Of a stretch of DNA of 64,000 nt, positions 50,264 through 59,687 are shown piece after piece. The stretch is taken from positions 8,106 through 72,105 of IMG/VR virus record IMGVR_UViG_2808606532_000002, one strand, 5' to 3'. Within the stretch, counting starts at the first letter, position 1. Every line of letters starts with the position of its first letter. This DNA comes from a virus. Lineage: Duplodnaviria > Caudoviricetes. Below the pieces are notes generated by a model, which saw only the letters and a program-made list of their open reading frames with translations, did no database searches and had not been told where the DNA came from. The position numbers were made by a program, and so were the translations under genes.

Positions 50264-50554
50264 TTAAGCATAGTTTGATACCAAAAGATAAGGTGTAACA
50301 AGGCTTGTTCTATGCTGTTTAATTTCCCACAAATCATACTTTGTTTGTAGATTTAACCATAACTTAGCACTGCCAATACCTGCCTCCTCTAAACTCAATG
50401 CCAGGTTTGTTGTTATTGGTGTTTTTCCATTTAAGACTCTTGATAACGTTTCTCGTGAAAAGCCTAAATGTTCTGCCAAATCTTTAATTTTTATATTGTT
50501 AGGCTCAATAAATCCATCAAGTAATATTTGACCTGGATGTGCTGGTTTACGCAT
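50264..50554 (-). CDS. higA: HigA antitoxin (copy 3)
   Basis: PAHPG.IL, SR..LSR..NGK..IT, WLNLQ..YDLW. Confidence 0.92.
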   Translation of the reverse strand: MRKPAHPGQILLDGFIEPNNIKIKDLAEHLGFSRETLSRVLNGKTPITTNLALSLEEAGIGSAKLWLNLQTKYDLWEIKQHRTSLVTPYLLVSNYA

Positions 50555-50563
50555 AATTTCCCC

Positions 50564-50839
50564 CTAATGATAATCTTCATAATTTAAAATATAGGCATCA
50601 CCATTAATAAATTCAAAAGTAATCCGCCAGTTACCATTGACGACCATGGAATAAACACCTTTTCGATCACCTTTTAATTCATGGCACTGATAAAATGGCA
50701 TAAACTCTTCCACAGTTTCAGCACAATCAATTAAATCAAGGATACCATCTAATTTACGTTGGTGTTTTTGCTGAATGCCTTTTGTAATACCTTTTTCGAA
50801 ATAAAGTTTTAAGCCCTTATGCTTGAAACTTTTAATCAT
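50564..50839 (-). CDS. higB: HigB toxin (copy 3)
   Basis: MIKSFKHKGL, HELKGDRKG, VNGNWRITF, EDYH. Confidence 0.92.
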   Translation of the reverse strand: MIKSFKHKGLKLYFEKGITKGIQQKHQRKLDGILDLIDCAETVEEFMPFYQCHELKGDRKGVYSMVVNGNWRITFEFINGDAYILNYEDYH

Positions 50840-51029
50840 AATGATAAACCCACCTATTAAACGTGATGTAAATATATCACAAATAAAAGAATAAGGCAAA
50901 ATCCCTACCGCACTTTCTTTTTTTCTGTGATCTTGCTCACATTTTCAGCAATTAATCAAAAAATTTTAAAAATAAATTTCCTTGTAAATCAATAAAATAA
51001 TCACAAATCGAAATAAATAAATAAAAATA

Positions 51030-51072
51030 ATCACATATTGTTGTTGACATATAAATCACAAACAGTGATAAT
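51030..51072 (+). promoter_or_regulatory. PL promoter with overlapping CI operator
   Basis: TTGACA 51044-51049, 17 nt, GATAAT 51067-51072; ATCAC-aaaca-GTGAT 51055-51069. Confidence 0.8.
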
Positions 51073-51102
51073 AACCACATCAAAACAAACGGAGAAGACA
51101 AG

Positions 51103-51351
51103 ATGAACAAAGTAACAGAAACAGAATTAAATAGTGCAATGGCTGAATTTAAAGATTTTGAGAAAACTATGAGCATTGGTTGCAAGAAAGACAATTTAAA
51201 AATGATTGAAATTATAAAAAACATGCTTGTGTTACTTAATGCCACTCCAGCAGACAAAATTGCAGAATTGATTATCAGTAGTGTAGGAATTAAATCTTAT
51301 TTTGAAAGACGATTAAATGGATTTGAATGGTTAGCTCAACATTCTCACTAA
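51103..51351 (+). CDS. Hypothetical protein, first gene of PL transcript
   Basis: GGAG SD; 82 aa. Confidence 0.6.
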   Translation: MNKVTETELNSAMAEFKDFEKTMSIGCKKDNLKMIEIIKNMLVLLNATPADKIAELIISSVGIKSYFERRLNGFEWLAQHSH

Positions 51352-51450
51352 GAATTTTTATCAAAGCCCTTAACTCAAGGGCTTGAGTAAAGGTTCTAAA
51401 CCTAAAATAACAACCGCACTTATTTTAACAAAAAGGCGGAAGTTAAAATT

Positions 51451-51461
51451 GCTCTTTAACA
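51451..51461 (+). promoter_or_regulatory. boxA (nutL-like)
   Basis: GCTCTTTAACA matches the boxA consensus. Confidence 0.7.
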
Positions 51462-51631
51462 GATTGAATAAGTAGGTCAGCGTTATGGTTAGCCCCTACC
51501 TACGGCGGAAAGCACCGCAGAAAACCACCGATTTGCTATTACACAGTGCATTTACGGACACCAAAGAGAAAGCTAGCTCTCGATGAGAACGTTAGACAAA
51601 TGTGCTGTGTAATAGCTAATAGGAGACGAAT

Positions 51632-51898
51632 ATGAGCAACAGTAAATTAAAAACCTTGCGTGGCATAGGTTACAACAAATCCACAAAAGCACGCAGAGCA
51701 AATCAGAAAGCAATGCAAATCAACCTCAAAGCACCAAACCGAGTTGAAAGTGCTTGCAATCAAGCGACTATTTGCGGATTTATCAAATCTCGCAAACGAG
51801 TTGATATTACCAATTACAACTGCAACAAGAAAACAAATAAAGCGCCAACAGTGCGAGCAAAAGAAAAACGCAGATTAGGCTTTAAAGAGCCGAGATAA
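51632..51898 (+). CDS. N-like antitermination protein
   Basis: Arg-rich motif KSTKARRANQK, NRVESA; downstream of boxA. Confidence 0.55.
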   Translation: MSNSKLKTLRGIGYNKSTKARRANQKAMQINLKAPNRVESACNQATICGFIKSRKRVDITNYNCNKKTNKAPTVRAKEKRRLGFKEPR

Positions 51899-51930
51899 AG
51901 ATTTAATGGCATAAAAAGAGGAAACTAACT

Positions 51931-52122
51931 ATGAAAAATAATGAACAATCAGGAAATCCTGAAAATTTGGAATTAGTGGTAGTAAAAAACAGCCTATCTG
52001 AATGTGATAAAGAACAAATCAAAGAGGCTGTATTGAAAAATGCTATCAATTTAACTTGTTTATATTCAAGTGAACTTGCTAAAGACTTGATTGAAGCAAT
52101 CAAGCTAATTAATCAAGCTTAG
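51931..52122 (+). CDS. Hypothetical protein
   Basis: GAGG SD; 63 aa. Confidence 0.5.
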   Translation: MKNNEQSGNPENLELVVVKNSLSECDKEQIKEAVLKNAINLTCLYSSELAKDLIEAIKLINQA

Positions 52123-52306
52123 GTATATTGTTAAATTCAGAAAGGTTGCTTTCAAAATTTTTAGCCAATGCAGAAATGAAATTGCTTAGCTGTTTAGCCT
52201 TATCTTCAAGATTGAAGCTGCTATCGTTAAAAATAGTTGTTGGGCTATTTTCAATAATTTTGTTAGCAAATTGGATAGCTAGCTTTTCTGACATTAATTT
52301 ATTCAT
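52109..52306 (-). CDS. Small antisense moron protein
   Basis: AAGGA SD; upstream gtgttgtgagaga direct repeat. Confidence 0.5.
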   Translation of the reverse strand: MNKLMSEKLAIQFANKIIENSPTTIFNDSSFNLEDKAKQLSNFISALAKNFESNLSEFNNIPKLD

Positions 52307-52595
52307 AATTTAATCCTTATTTTGTGTTGTGAGAGATTAAATTATATTCCTTAGTGTTGTGAGAGACAATAAGGCGAGTTTTGCGGTTCTCGTAAAAAAA
52401 CCGCACCGAATTGACATAGTAAAACTCCGTTTGCCCACCTAAGACGTGGGCTTTTTTATAAGGAAAGAAAAATGAACATCCTTTCAAGTGAAGGGGCTAT
52501 TTTTATTAGCTCAGTATTAGGTTTTTTATTTGGCTGTTCGCTTATGATTCTATTATTTGCAATATTTTGTTTTTTAAAAAAGAAATAAGACTTAT

Positions 52596-53513
52596 CTATT
52601 TTTTTAAAATATCTAACATTTTACTTAAATAGTCTATTGAATATTTTTCTTGCTCTTTTTCTCTATATTCCGGTTTGTTTTTTTCAAAAGAGATTAGATT
52701 ATTAATACAATTTTCTATTGATGTATCTTTTCCCTTAGAAAAAAGAGCAATCTCAATTGCAATAAATCGATGCTCTATACTAGTGGCTTCATTATGAAAA
52801 TATTTAACATCTTCAAGCCCTTTTTTATATAATCTCAGAAAAAAGAAAGAGAAAAACTCAATAATCAATACAATGGAAAACTTAGGTAATCCTTCACTAG
52901 CAAATTCCAATAAACTAATATATGTCTTAGTAGGAAATAAAGTGAGATAAAAAGCTAATATTCCAATGCCTATAATTCCAGATGAGATACCTAACAACAA
53001 ATTAACTAATGACTTTCTATTATGCAATTCAATAGCATCATAAACTCGACTTAAAGTTTTTAATTTATTTTCTCTAAAATTCTCAAGAGATACATCGTTC
53101 ACAAACTGTTTTTTTAAATCATCATTTATGAGCTCTTGAGCTTTACTTAAAACAAGATTTTTTATATCACCATTTTCTATGGCATTAATTCTTTCTTGGG
53201 TATGCGAAATTTCTTTTGAAATCTCAGATAAAGAGATAAATATATTCTCTTTGCTTTTTGAATCAAGATTTAGAAATGCATATACTTTATTAACAATAAA
53301 GTTTAATGTTATGAACAAGACAAGAATAAAGCATACTCCTAATATAGGAGATGTAAGCTCTCGGCGAACAGAAAAAAGAAATAAATCTAAACTATTCACC
53401 CCCTTATAAAACATTGTGAAATCTAATAATATAATCAGGAGTGAAAATGAAAATAGTGAAAAGCATAAAAATGGTACAAAATTATCAATGAGATGCTTTT
53501 TAGAAAAAGACAT
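52596..53513 (-). CDS. AT-rich moron, multi-pass membrane protein with coiled coil
   Basis: 4 TM segments; IEFFSFFFLRLY...KYFHNE.T.IE motif. Confidence 0.75.
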   Translation of the reverse strand: MSFSKKHLIDNFVPFLCFSLFSFSLLIILLDFTMFYKGVNSLDLFLFSVRRELTSPILGVCFILVLFITLNFIVNKVYAFLNLDSKSKENIFISLSEISKEISHTQERINAIENGDIKNLVLSKAQELINDDLKKQFVNDVSLENFRENKLKTLSRVYDAIELHNRKSLVNLLLGISSGIIGIGILAFYLTLFPTKTYISLLEFASEGLPKFSIVLIIEFFSFFFLRLYKKGLEDVKYFHNEATSIEHRFIAIEIALFSKGKDTSIENCINNLISFEKNKPEYREKEQEKYSIDYLSKMLDILKK

Positions 53514-53584
53514 TATGATCTCCTTGTTGTAAAGAATGATGAATGAACACCATAATTCTAACACTTGGAGATCATATTTACTAT

Positions 53585-53636
53585 TTGACACCCACCGCCC
53601 TTTGATTTAGGATATACCCACTTTCAACAGAAAGTC
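53585..53636 (+). promoter_or_regulatory. Repeated promoter-leader, copy 1 (others 54321-54372, 58648-58700)
   Basis: TTGACA-17-TAGGAT followed by ccactttcaacagaaagtc. Confidence 0.78.
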
Positions 53637-53732
53637 CGATTAGTGACAGTAATCATTTTGTTCTTTGCAACAATTTAGATTAAAGAAATAGCTTGCCAAG
53701 TAAACTTGAGCAGGCTTTTTTAGTCTAAAAAG

Positions 53733-54047
53733 GTGACGATGATGAAAAAATATAGAAAATTAATCCGCTGCATGGCTTACAAAAAAGGCAATCTCTATAT
53801 TGCCATATGTCTCGATCTCTCTTTGGCAGCACAGGGCGATACAATGGATGAAGCAATTGAGAAACTAGACGGACAAATCAAGGATTTTATTGCAGAAGTT
53901 AATGCTGAACCTCAACATGCTAGCCAGTTACTTAATCGTCCTGCTCCACTCTCCTTATGGGTAAAATATTATTGGTTTAAATTTTTATCTGCTAAAAACG
54001 GTAATAAAAAAGGCGTATCATTTTTTGAAGAGGATTGTTACGCTTAA
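53733..54047 (+). CDS. hicB: HicB-like antitoxin
   Basis: A.CLDL.LAAQGDT.DEA..KL. Confidence 0.75.
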   Translation: MTMMKKYRKLIRCMAYKKGNLYIAICLDLSLAAQGDTMDEAIEKLDGQIKDFIAEVNAEPQHASQLLNRPAPLSLWVKYYWFKFLSAKNGNKKGVSFFEEDCYA

Positions 54048-54295
54048 TGTTTACCCGAATTACGCCACTGACCTATAAAGAAGTAACCAGTGCATTGAAG
54101 CGGTTAGGTTTTGAAATCAAATCCAAAACAGCTACCGCACACGAGCAATGGATTAGAGTGGACGATAGAGGGAAATTTTTAGTAACGGTAGATAAGCATA
54201 TATCGCCCTTTGATAAAGTCCTCATTCAAGCCATGGCAAGACAAGCTGGATTATCTACCAAAGCGTTTTTTAAAGAATGTAAGAGTAAGAAATAA
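54047..54295 (+). CDS. hicA: HicA-like toxin
   Basis: EV..ALKRLGF.....HEQW...RQAGL; TAATG overlap. Confidence 0.78.
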   Translation: MFTRITPLTYKEVTSALKRLGFEIKSKTATAHEQWIRVDDRGKFLVTVDKHISPFDKVLIQAMARQAGLSTKAFFKECKSKK

Positions 54296-54513
54296 GCCTG
54301 CACCACGCAGGCTTTTTTATTTGACACCGCCCCCTATTCAGATTAGACTATTACCACTTTCAACAGAAAGTCGGGATTTGCAGTCCTGAATTAGTACTAG
54401 GCGGTTAGAATGATAGGTCGCCTTAATGGTGGCTTTTTTTATAGCCGAAAATCAGTAAGTCAAACCTTTCAAAAGGTATGGGCAATTTGCCCCACCCTTT
54501 CAAAAGTAGTCAA

Positions 54514-54594
54514 TGATGAACTGATTAAGGGGATCGAAAGATCCACCGTTTACCTAGTACAACGGCACTGCAAACCTTGATCAGTTCATCACCA
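54514..54594 (+). ncRNA. C4-type antisense RNA, module 1
   Basis: Long closing stem ending in CCA, GAAA hairpin; loops cctagtac and actgcaa complement sites at 54378-54401 and 54599-54639. Confidence 0.8.
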
Positions 54595-54649
54595 GTTATT
54601 GCAGTGGCTAGTGATGAGTTTTTTAAAACTTGTACTAGGAGCAGTCAAA

Positions 54650-55273
54650 ATGACTACATTAACTTTTCAAACTACTACTCTTTCGGTTATCAATCAAAAC
54701 AACCAAACTTATTTCACAGCTAACGAAATTGGGCAAGCATTAGGTTATCGCAATCCAACAAGTGATGTTAAACGCATCTATGAACGTAACATTGACGAAT
54801 TTACCCCAAATATGACCGCACTTGTGGATATGCAAACCGCTGGCGGAATACAAAAAGTCAGAATTTTCAGCTTGCGTGGTTGCCACTTAATCGGAATGCT
54901 TAGCCACACCAAAGTCGCCAAAGAGTTTCGCAAATGGGTACTGGATATTTTAGATCGTGAAACCGCACAACCAAAACAGCTCTCCTTACCCGAGCCTGAA
55001 AAAACCTACGACACCAACACAACGGCAAAAGAAATCCACGATTTAGTGTGGTTACTTTACTCACACAATGAAATGAATTTCTTGCTCGGTAGAATGTGCG
55101 AACCTTTACGAGCTATCGGCTCTCACTATTACGCAGATATAAAAACGCACTACGTTGAATACAAACGCCACTACGACAAATGTCTGCCCATTCTCAAACG
55201 CTTTGTCGAGCAAATCAAAGCCGACAACCCAAAAGCGTGGGAAGGTCTGCAATACCGCCTAACCGCTAAATAA
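54650..55273 (+). CDS. Antirepressor (BRO-N + P22AR-C-like) 1
   Basis: IG.ALGY, VRIFSLRGCHLIGMLS.T.VAKEFRKWVLD. Confidence 0.85.
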   Translation: MTTLTFQTTTLSVINQNNQTYFTANEIGQALGYRNPTSDVKRIYERNIDEFTPNMTALVDMQTAGGIQKVRIFSLRGCHLIGMLSHTKVAKEFRKWVLDILDRETAQPKQLSLPEPEKTYDTNTTAKEIHDLVWLLYSHNEMNFLLGRMCEPLRAIGSHYYADIKTHYVEYKRHYDKCLPILKRFVEQIKADNPKAWEGLQYRLTAK

Positions 55274-55452
55274 TTAACCCAAAAACCGACCGCACTTTTC
55301 CAGTGTGGCGGTTTCGCTCAACCTAAATTCAGTAAATTGATTAAAAAGGAAACAGAAAATGAACTCAACAACGCATATTCAGCACGTTAATTTTCACGGA
55401 GATATTCATATCCATTTTCACTCAGCTCATGAAAATAAAACGTGGACACCAC

Positions 55453-55665
55453 CTAATCATTGGCTTGAGACTGTCGATTATGCTCCTCAATCTCAATCAA
55501 CTTCGCAATCTCAAATGTTTCCCAAATCAAACGGGAATAAAGATGTTTAAGGTTGGGACTTTCTCCTGCATTTGTGAGAGCCAATCGCAATGTTTCGGCT
55601 ATTTGTTCTTTAGGAAGAATGCTTGCAGCCAATTGCAAACGCTCAAAATCAGTTAATTTTTTCAT
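55453..55665 (-). CDS. Small antisense moron protein
   Basis: AGGAG SD; 70 aa. Confidence 0.45.
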   Translation of the reverse strand: MKKLTDFERLQLAASILPKEQIAETLRLALTNAGESPNLKHLYSRLIWETFEIAKLIEIEEHNRQSQAND

Positions 55666-55757
55666 AGATTTCTCCTATGTGTTGGTTGAAAGAAACACAA
55701 GGATACCACGTTTGCGGTCGTGGCTAAATAAACCGCAATTTAAGAGGAAACAGAAAA

Positions 55758-56042
55758 ATGAACAAATTCTTCACCGCACTTTGCCAATTAATTGGCTCAA
55801 TCATCGTCATTATCGCCCTTATTTTTGCCACACTTATCGGCATGAGCTACTACCGCCCAGCCTTTGCTCAATACGGTCAACTCTCCCCAGATGCGCAGCT
55901 TGCCTATGACGAAGAAATGGCACGCATTGAATGGATCGAGCGCAATGGCGATATGCCACCAGAACCCACACAAGCCGATTTGGAGTACATGCAACGATAT
56001 ACCGAGCAATTACAGGCGCAATATGACAAGGAGGGGAAGTAA
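55758..56042 (+). CDS. Hypothetical single-TM protein
   Basis: GAGG SD; N-terminal TM. Confidence 0.6.
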   Translation: MNKFFTALCQLIGSIIVIIALIFATLIGMSYYRPAFAQYGQLSPDAQLAYDEEMARIEWIERNGDMPPEPTQADLEYMQRYTEQLQAQYDKEGK

Positions 56043-56680
56043 TGGAAAATTTTTATAAAAATGTTCATGTCAGCAAAGACGGTACTGAATATGAAGTTAG
56101 ATTAATTCAGGACGGTGAATATTTTCAAGGAAGGATATTTATTAATGGATTTAATAACTATATAGGAGTCAAAACGAAGGCAAAAGCCAATGTTATTCGC
56201 TGGCTTAATGGTTATATCGACAGACTTAATATTGTTAGTGGAATATCCCCGAAAATTCCTCATGTTAAATATAGCACTGAAGTCAAACCGTCAAAATCTG
56301 AAAAGATAGAGTCGAAGCCTAAAACGGAAAAAAGCAAATCCAAACAACAGTATGAAACGCCTAAAAAGGAACAAGTAATGGTAACTGTGCCAGTCATAAA
56401 CATTCCACCTAAAACAGATGACGAGTTAACAGACAACAAACAGCAAAAAGAAGAGGTCCAGATTGTGAACACCAAAGACCAAAACAAAAAAGCCACTCCA
56501 CGCAAACCTTTCACGCCTTATGGCTTAAATGGTTACTTTGTAGATAAACAAGGCAATGTGCGCCTTATGCTTGACCGCAGAGCGAGCGCCAAAACCATTA
56601 CCTTAACCCCTGATATGTTTAGCTCGTTGGCGGATATGGTGCGAAAAACTCAAGCTCAACAAGAAAAAGCGAAGGGGTAG
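56042..56680 (+). CDS. Hypothetical protein
   Basis: Coupled ORF, 212 aa. Confidence 0.65.
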   Translation: MENFYKNVHVSKDGTEYEVRLIQDGEYFQGRIFINGFNNYIGVKTKAKANVIRWLNGYIDRLNIVSGISPKIPHVKYSTEVKPSKSEKIESKPKTEKSKSKQQYETPKKEQVMVTVPVINIPPKTDDELTDNKQQKEEVQIVNTKDQNKKATPRKPFTPYGLNGYFVDKQGNVRLMLDRRASAKTITLTPDMFSSLADMVRKTQAQQEKAKG

Positions 56681-56684
56681 CAAG

Positions 56685-56993
56685 ATGAACGATTCTGAAC
56701 TAAGAATAGCCGTAGATAGATGTGATGACGTCTTAGCTGAGCGCTATTTTGCTGGGCATATTGAAGATAGCGACGATTTTAAACAAATTCAAAAAGAAGT
56801 CTTAAACGAGATACAAGACCCCGAAAGCCAAATTTACAGCCAGTTTTATGACGAATTAGACAATAGTGCAGACTACCATCTCGCACTAGGTAGCGGTGCT
56901 ATGACGCACATTATCGAAGCAAGACAAAAAGCCATTGAGAAAGTCATTCATGCGCAATTTAGACGAAAAATGCAAGAGTTACAGGAGATGTAG
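56685..56993 (+). CDS. Hypothetical protein
   Basis: Acidic 102 aa before recT. Confidence 0.6.
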   Translation: MNDSELRIAVDRCDDVLAERYFAGHIEDSDDFKQIQKEVLNEIQDPESQIYSQFYDELDNSADYHLALGSGAMTHIIEARQKAIEKVIHAQFRRKMQELQEM

Positions 56994-56996
56994 AAA

Positions 56997-57971
56997 ATGA
57001 CAAATCAAACCCAAGTAACAAAACAACAAGATAAATTTCCAATTAAGACATTTTTTGAAATGCCTGGAATTAAGAAAAAAATAGAAGAATTGGTAAGTAA
57101 AAACGCATCAAGTTTTACTACTAGTGTTCTGCAAATTGTAAATAGCAATTCGATGTTGCGTAATGCCACCCCAATGACAGTGTTTAACGCTGCTTGTATG
57201 GCTGCAACCTTGCAATTACCGTTACAAAATGGCTTAGGTTTTGCCTACATTGTGCCGTACGAAAGAAGTTACAAAGATAAAGAAGGGAATTGGCAGAAAG
57301 TTGTCGAAGCTCAATTTCAGCTCGGCTACAAAGGCTTAATCCAACTGGCTCAACGTTCAGGGCAATTTAAGCGTCTTGTGGCTGTGCCTATTTATGAAAA
57401 ACAACTCATTACTGAAGATCCAATTAATGGTTTTGAATTTGACTGGAAACAAAAACCCCAAATGGGTGAACAGCCTATCGGCTACTACGCCTATTTCAAA
57501 CTGATCAACGAGTTCACTGCCGAACTCTATATGAGCACCCAAGACGTGCTGAACCACGCTGAGCGATATAGTCAAAGTTATCGAAATTATCTCAATCCCC
57601 AAGACCCGAATAAAAAGCCGAAAAGCACGGTATGGGTAAATAACTTTGATCAAATGGCTTTGAAAACCGTAATGAAGTTACTGCTCTCAAAACAAGCTCC
57701 GCTATCGGTTGAAATGCAGCAAGCGGTACTGGCAGATCAAGCTGTTGTCAAAGACGTAGAAAAAGCCGAATTTAGCTACCCAGATAACGAAATCCAAGAT
57801 GCTGAGTTTACCGATTTAAAAGTGACTGATGAACAGTTTGAACAATGCAAACAAAACATCATCAACAAAGAAACCACCTTACAAGATTTGTGTGATAACG
57901 GCTTTGAGTTTAGTCGTGAGCAGTATGCGGAATTGGAGAAGTTAGAAAATGAACAATCTGTATCATCTTAA
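56997..57971 (+). CDS. recT: RecT family recombinase
   Basis: LG.AYIVPY, AQFQLGYKGLIQLAQRSGQ, MALKTV.K. Confidence 0.93.
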   Translation: MTNQTQVTKQQDKFPIKTFFEMPGIKKKIEELVSKNASSFTTSVLQIVNSNSMLRNATPMTVFNAACMAATLQLPLQNGLGFAYIVPYERSYKDKEGNWQKVVEAQFQLGYKGLIQLAQRSGQFKRLVAVPIYEKQLITEDPINGFEFDWKQKPQMGEQPIGYYAYFKLINEFTAELYMSTQDVLNHAERYSQSYRNYLNPQDPNKKPKSTVWVNNFDQMALKTVMKLLLSKQAPLSVEMQQAVLADQAVVKDVEKAEFSYPDNEIQDAEFTDLKVTDEQFEQCKQNIINKETTLQDLCDNGFEFSREQYAELEKLENEQSVSS

Positions 57972-58617
57972 AGTCCGATGTTCATCACTGCACAAAATCA
58001 TTGGCGAGCCAAAATCTAAAGCTGATAAAGAAGCAGGAAAATTGACTGATACCGCTAAAAGTGCGGTGCGAGAAATGGCAAAATTTGACTTGTTCGGCTA
58101 CAACGCCTTTGAGGGTAATAAATACACCCAAAAAGGCAACGACCTAGAAGAACAGGCAATTAAGCTAAGTGGCTTTACTCGTGGTCTTGCACTTAAAAAG
58201 AACACCGAACGCAGAGAAAACGACTACATCAGCGGAGAATGTGATATTTATGTGCCAAGCCGAAAACTGATCATCGACACAAAATGCTCGTGGGATATTG
58301 GATCACATCCTTTTTTTGCAGACGAAGCCGAAGAAAAAGCCAAAAAGGCTGGCTACGACATCCAAATGCAAGGCTATATGTGGCTTTGGGATTGTGACCA
58401 AGCACAAATTGATTTTGTGTTATTTCCTACACCACTCAACCTTATTTCAACTTACGACAGTGATGTTAAGTTGATTGATTTAGTGGAGCAAATCCCTCAA
58501 ACAAAGCGTATTACTACCGTGACTATTCAACGAAACGATGAACTCATTGAGAAAATCAAAGAGCGAGTAAGTGCGGCACAAAAATACTACGATCAGCTTA
58601 TTTTGGAGATGAGTTAG
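57949..58617 (+). CDS. YqaJ/lambda-Exo-like exonuclease
   Basis: KGN.LE, GECD, DTKCSW, Q.QGYMWL. Confidence 0.85.
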   Translation: MNNLYHLKVRCSSLHKIIGEPKSKADKEAGKLTDTAKSAVREMAKFDLFGYNAFEGNKYTQKGNDLEEQAIKLSGFTRGLALKKNTERRENDYISGECDIYVPSRKLIIDTKCSWDIGSHPFFADEAEEKAKKAGYDIQMQGYMWLWDCDQAQIDFVLFPTPLNLISTYDSDVKLIDLVEQIPQTKRITTVTIQRNDELIEKIKERVSAAQKYYDQLILEMS

Positions 58618-58872
58618 TTGTTTTGAGTTACATATAATTAATTTTACTTTACAACCCACTGCCCTTTGATTTAGGATATACCCACTTTCAACAGAAAGTC
58701 GGGAACTGCAATTCCTGAATGTATGGAGCGGTGAAAGAATAATAGTCGCTCAAAGCGGCTTTTTTTATAGCCGAAATCTAGTCAAAAATAAAGGTATCAC
58801 CAAAACGGTGAACCCTTTCAAAACTTCCTAAAGGGGTACATCAATTTGATCCACCCCTTTGAAAGTTGTCAA

Positions 58873-58951
58873 TGATGGGCTAGGTAAGGAGACCGAAAGG
58901 TCTGCCGAAACTCTTGGATCGGTACTGCGAACCTTGCCTAGTTCATCACCA
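58873..58951 (+). ncRNA. C4-type antisense RNA, module 2
   Basis: Same fold ending in CCA; loops ctcttgga and actgcga complement tcgcagt 58956-58962 and tccaagag 58989-58996. Confidence 0.8.
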
Positions 58952-59005
58952 GTAATCGCAGTTGCTTGTGATGAGTTTTCAAACTTAATCCAAGAGAACA
59001 AAATT

Positions 59006-59635
59006 ATGACAACTTTAACTTTTCAAAATAAAACCCTTTCGGCTATCAATCAAAACAACCAAATTTGGTTAACAGTTACTGAAATTGGTAAAGCATTAGG
59101 TTATTCAGATCCTTTTAAATCTGTGAAAAATCTTTATGACCGCCACCAAGACGAATTTACCCCAAATATGACCGCACTTGTGGATATGCAAACCGCAGGG
59201 GGAATGCAAAAAGTCAGAATTTTCAGCTTGCGTGGTTGTCACCTAATCGGAATGCTTAGCCACACCAAAGTCGCCAAAGAGTTTCGCAAATGGGTGCTGG
59301 ATATTTTAGATCGTGAAACCGCACAGCCAAAACAGCTCGCCTTACCCGAGCCCGAAAAACGTTACACCTTTGAATTTACCGAGTACGAACTGGAACAACT
59401 CGTCTGGCTACATTGCAGCCACGAGCAAATGAACCTACTGCTTGGCGATATGATCGAACCACTTAACGCCATCGGCTCAAAATTCAGCGGCATTGTTTAT
59501 AGTCACCACCACGAATATAAACGCCACCACAAAGCCACCGTTCAAACCATCAAACGATTAATTGAACCATTCAAACAATCGAACCGAACAAACTGGATAA
59601 GAGCCATTAACCTCTTAAACCGCATAGACTTCTAA
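59006..59635 (+). CDS. Antirepressor (BRO-N + P22AR-C-like) 2
   Basis: Paralogue of 54650-55273 with near-identical core. Confidence 0.85.
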   Translation: MTTLTFQNKTLSAINQNNQIWLTVTEIGKALGYSDPFKSVKNLYDRHQDEFTPNMTALVDMQTAGGMQKVRIFSLRGCHLIGMLSHTKVAKEFRKWVLDILDRETAQPKQLALPEPEKRYTFEFTEYELEQLVWLHCSHEQMNLLLGDMIEPLNAIGSKFSGIVYSHHHEYKRHHKATVQTIKRLIEPFKQSNRTNWIRAINLLNRIDF

Positions 59636-59687
59636 ACCCACAAAACACAAGCCACTTCATAGTGGCTTTTTTATTGGAGAAACAAAT

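Noticed and set aside
54514-58951. tRNA genes (CCA-ending structured RNAs)
   Set aside because: No D or T-psi-C consensus; long closing stems and target complementarity fit C4 RNA
58859-59005. N-terminal extensions of the antirepressors (also 54599-54649)
   Set aside because: These frames run through the C4 RNA and its targets; paralogous starts MTTLTFQ are at 54650 and 59006, though Ash/Icd-like leader translation is not excluded
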